Made by a program: the position numbers and the translations under genes. This document shows positions 30,369 to 33,495 of a stretch of 33,495 bases of DNA, piece by piece (position 1 is the first letter of the stretch; each line of letters opens with the position of its first letter). The stretch spans positions 1 through 33,495 of the forward strand of contig CAXNAD020000061.1 in assembly GCA_964200185.2 (NCBI GenBank), given 5' to 3'. Origin of the DNA: Choristocarpus tenellus KU-1152. Taxonomy: Eukaryota > Protista > Phaeophyceae. Below the pieces are notes generated by a model that saw only the letters and a list, made by a program, of their open reading frames with translations, had not been told where the DNA came from and searched no databases.

Positions 30369-33279
30369 CTTAGCAAGCGAGGAGGCATATGATGGTCTGA
30401 AGCATGATTTTGACATTCAGGGGGACAGGAAGGTGGCCAAAGGACCCGTCAGAGGTGAAGAGTAGGAATGTTGTGGCCACGAGGAGCTGTTCAGGGAACA
30501 TCTCATTGTGGAGAGAGTTGATGAGATCGAGATCAATGTAGCAATGGGCTTTATGTGCCATCCCTGTGTGTTGTCTTGGCCTGTGGCTTTGGTGTGTGTT
30601 GAATCTGTAAGCAAATGTCCGATCAACACTGAAGGGTTCTACACGCCCACACTTTTAGGCAGTATGCTCTTAGGTTGTCTGGTGAAGGGCTGTGCACCCA
30701 GCCAGGGGGTTGGGGAGGGGTTTGAATGTGGTGTGGTGTGGACCACAAGCATTATTAGTCTCTTGTTTATGGAAATATTACCTGTGTGTGATGCGTAGTA
30801 GTCACCCTAAACTGTTTCCCAGAATTCACTTCTATTTCACACACTAACTAGTTAAGGGTACATGGGGAGGATTACACACATAATGTTATTGTTGGGGGAT
30901 AGAGACTGTTTTGTCTTGTAATGGACCACAGTTGGTAGCATGAAAGTATAAAGCTAAATCTCAGGACAGCTTCAGCTATTGCCCTGAAGTGATTAATGTA
31001 ATTGCGGAGTCAGCATGCTCCTGGGGATGGATAGGGGGTGGTAGGCTATTTGGCGTCAGCTATGCTAGGGTGGTTATTTTGAAAGCACTCTGAACATGCC
31101 TCATGTTGTGAGCATTGTATTGCAGGAAGCTTTTTACCACTCTTGTAGTTGGATATAAGTTTGTATCTGTCACATGCTTTGTGCATCAAGTGGTCTCAAT
31201 CATCAGCAAGGATAGGGTATGTTGTAGAGGTACATCCATTTTGCTTTGTGGTGTGACTTGCTCTTTGTCAGGATCAAATTGTTTGGGACGAGGCTAGCAG
31301 AAGCTCTACATTTTGTTGGTGGTATTGGGCTCATTTTGTGCCATTTTGGTGGGTAACTTTACTCCCAAGAAGCGCAAAGTCTTATGTTGATTCATTTTTG
31401 ATGCTGGGCAGGGCCTTATCCTGCTTGGCTGTCGTGATGGCACTAGGTTATGGCGTACTTGACAGTTGTGATTGTTCTGTGTTGTGTCTGTCCATTGTTT
31501 TTTTTTCACGTGTGTTTGTGATTGAGTGAGCGAGGGCTATAGGGGTTGCTACTATATGCGTGACACAGTTCTAGAGTGTGGAAGTCGTGAGTTATGTGGA
31601 TTCGTTTAGAAGGTGTGCATCACTTGAAGGCAAACATCAGATTAGCCCAAATAATTGTTCAGCTGGCAAATTGGAGAGACTCTGGAGGATGTGTTAGGGG
31701 GTAAGAGGGAGATACATCATTGGGATTGCATTGGACAGGATGGGACTGGGGATTGCTTAGGATTGGTTGTCTTGTGTATTCTGTTTTGTCATTCTGTCAA
31801 AGATCTAGTCTTTTAATGGAGTTGGATCCTTTCTTTGGCTTCTTATTTTTGTTAAGCCTGTATCCCTCTCAGTTGTTCTAGAGGGAGCTATAGGGGTGAG
31901 TGTATGAAGAATGGAGGAGTAAAGCTATTTCAAGCATTTTCTTCCTAACTTTGAAAATAAAAATCACAGAATGCTAGGTAACTCGTGTTTTCAAAAAAAT
32001 GCAATACATGCATGCATGTGTGTTGTCGCATGTGTATGATTTTGTGGAGGAAGCTTGAGTGGCATCAAGTTTTCTCAGGCACCACTATGGTGTGAGACCT
32101 TCTCTTCTTGTTGCAGAGACCATGGCACAGATAAAATTGTTACGCAGGGGTTGCCTGAGCACAGTGGCTACTACATGACAGAGCTTTCCTCCACTTTCCC
32201 CTCTGGCACAGCCCCCCCCTGTTACTTAAAAACATCACTGCATCCAGCAGTACCCCATCCTGGCCATAGTAGGTTGGCAGTAGTTATTATGATTGTTATG
32301 AGTGAGGCGAAGGAGTACATACCAGGATTTTTGCTCTGAAGCATTGTCGCATCATGTTTTGTTTGAGTGCATGCAATTCTCTTTAAAGGTGGAGTGCTGT
32401 TGTTGATGAAGAGGGAAGAAACGAATAATGGAGTGTGAGGTGCAGGGACCAAGCACACAAGAGGGTGTTTTTGTGAGGAACACCAAGGAAAGCAAGAAAG
32501 AGCATCTTCGTCACAAGTTAGTCAGAGGCATAGGTCCGAAATCAAAGCTTTCAAAAGGAGCACAGCCCACACTTCCTCCTCGATCCTTTGGATCCCGCAG
32601 CTCAAACCACCAGCATTTTCCATACTTTGGAAAGTCCGATGAAGGGAAGTCCTTACCCCCATGCACCCATGAAAACTTTGCAAAATACCCTCACGTTATC
32701 CATTTTGAGAGGCAAAATAGGCAAAATATTTTTCTTTGGGAAGGTTGCCTATAAACCCACTTCCTGGCATGTCATGAGGAATCTCCTTATCCCTTATAGT
32801 GAGAGCAATAAGTGTGAACTTAGTTAGGAGCAAACAACTACAGTGTCAGAGTGTGAACAAACATCGGTCCCCATCCATATCAGACACAAACCATGCCAAA
32901 TATCCCTGACGGATACTTATCAGCACAGTGTGCGGTGTCAGGTGCAAGGAATGACAAGTACCCCTAGACGATGCCTGCAGGGAAAGGAAAGAAGTGTAAC
33001 GGATCAATGTTGTGCAATTTTCCGGTGCGAATAACCACTGCAACGACTTTGTTAGAGGGTCGAGAAGAAAAAACGAAAAAGTCGGTCAATCCAGATCCCA
33101 AAATGCCACCCCTCCTGTGCGATGTGAAGCTTTTTTGGTCCTCTCCTGAAGGATCTTTTGTAGCGATCGCTAGACACCAACAACCTTGGGATATATTCCG
33201 TAACTACTATTATCGTGCCGTCCATGCTACCTTTTACGTGGCAAAGAGTATTTCATATCACCCATTTAACAGAGGATTT

Positions 33280-33495
33280 TCAAAATTGAGGATGGAGCGG
33301 GGCTGTGAGGATGGTTGTTCTGCGAAAACGGTCTTAAAAAAGTACCGAAAGGGTTTTTTCGCGACTGTTTTTGCACTTGGAAGGGCCCCTTTTATGACCT
33401 TTTTTGGAAATGTTTCAGCACTTTTTAAGGAACAGGTCTTTCTCAAAATTGAGGATGGTGCAGGACTATGAGGATGGTTGTTTTGCGAAAACGGT
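33280..33495. repeat. Direct repeat, ~53-bp conserved block at 163-bp offset, running off the window end
   Basis: TCAAAATTGAGGATGG-GC-GG-CT-TGAGGATGGTTGTT-TGCGAAAACGGT at 33280-33332 and 33443-33495. Confidence 0.88.

Noticed and set aside
32971-33471. 166-aa plus-strand ORF and other 60-110-aa ORFs in 30400-33000
   Set aside because: No recognisable motifs. The 166-aa ORF overlaps the non-coding repeat array, and the others fit chance ORFs.

Overview
This is eukaryotic genomic DNA. Almost all of it (1-30368, + strand) is the 3' portion of one intron-rich Dicer-like (DCL) RNase III gene. By hand I spliced 30 exons and 29 introns into one continuous frame of about 2,570 codons, and every junction is phase-consistent. 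The start codon and the Hel1/DExD half of the helicase lie upstream of the window. Domain order: helicase C-terminal lobe (motifs IV, V, VI), Dicer dimerisation domain (DUF283), platform, divergent PAZ-like region, connector, RNase IIIa (ERLETLGD ... IADVVEAMLG), long linker, RNase IIIb (YQRFEFLGD ... VADVFEALVAAVYLD), and an acidic tail with no recognisable C-terminal dsRBD. The protein is greatly enlarged by acidic Gly/Glu/Ser-rich insertions, several of them inside folded domains. Two introns need GC donors and six use AAG acceptors. The introns contain a foldback repeat element, tRNA-like (SINE-like) remnants, microsatellites and a 10-N gap with an apparently artefactual duplication. A degenerate repeat array sits at the right end. 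A brown alga or related stramenopile origin is only a guess, based on intron density, A/C-rich acceptors and TTAGGG-like motifs. No prokaryotic features (operons, CRISPR, rRNA) are present.
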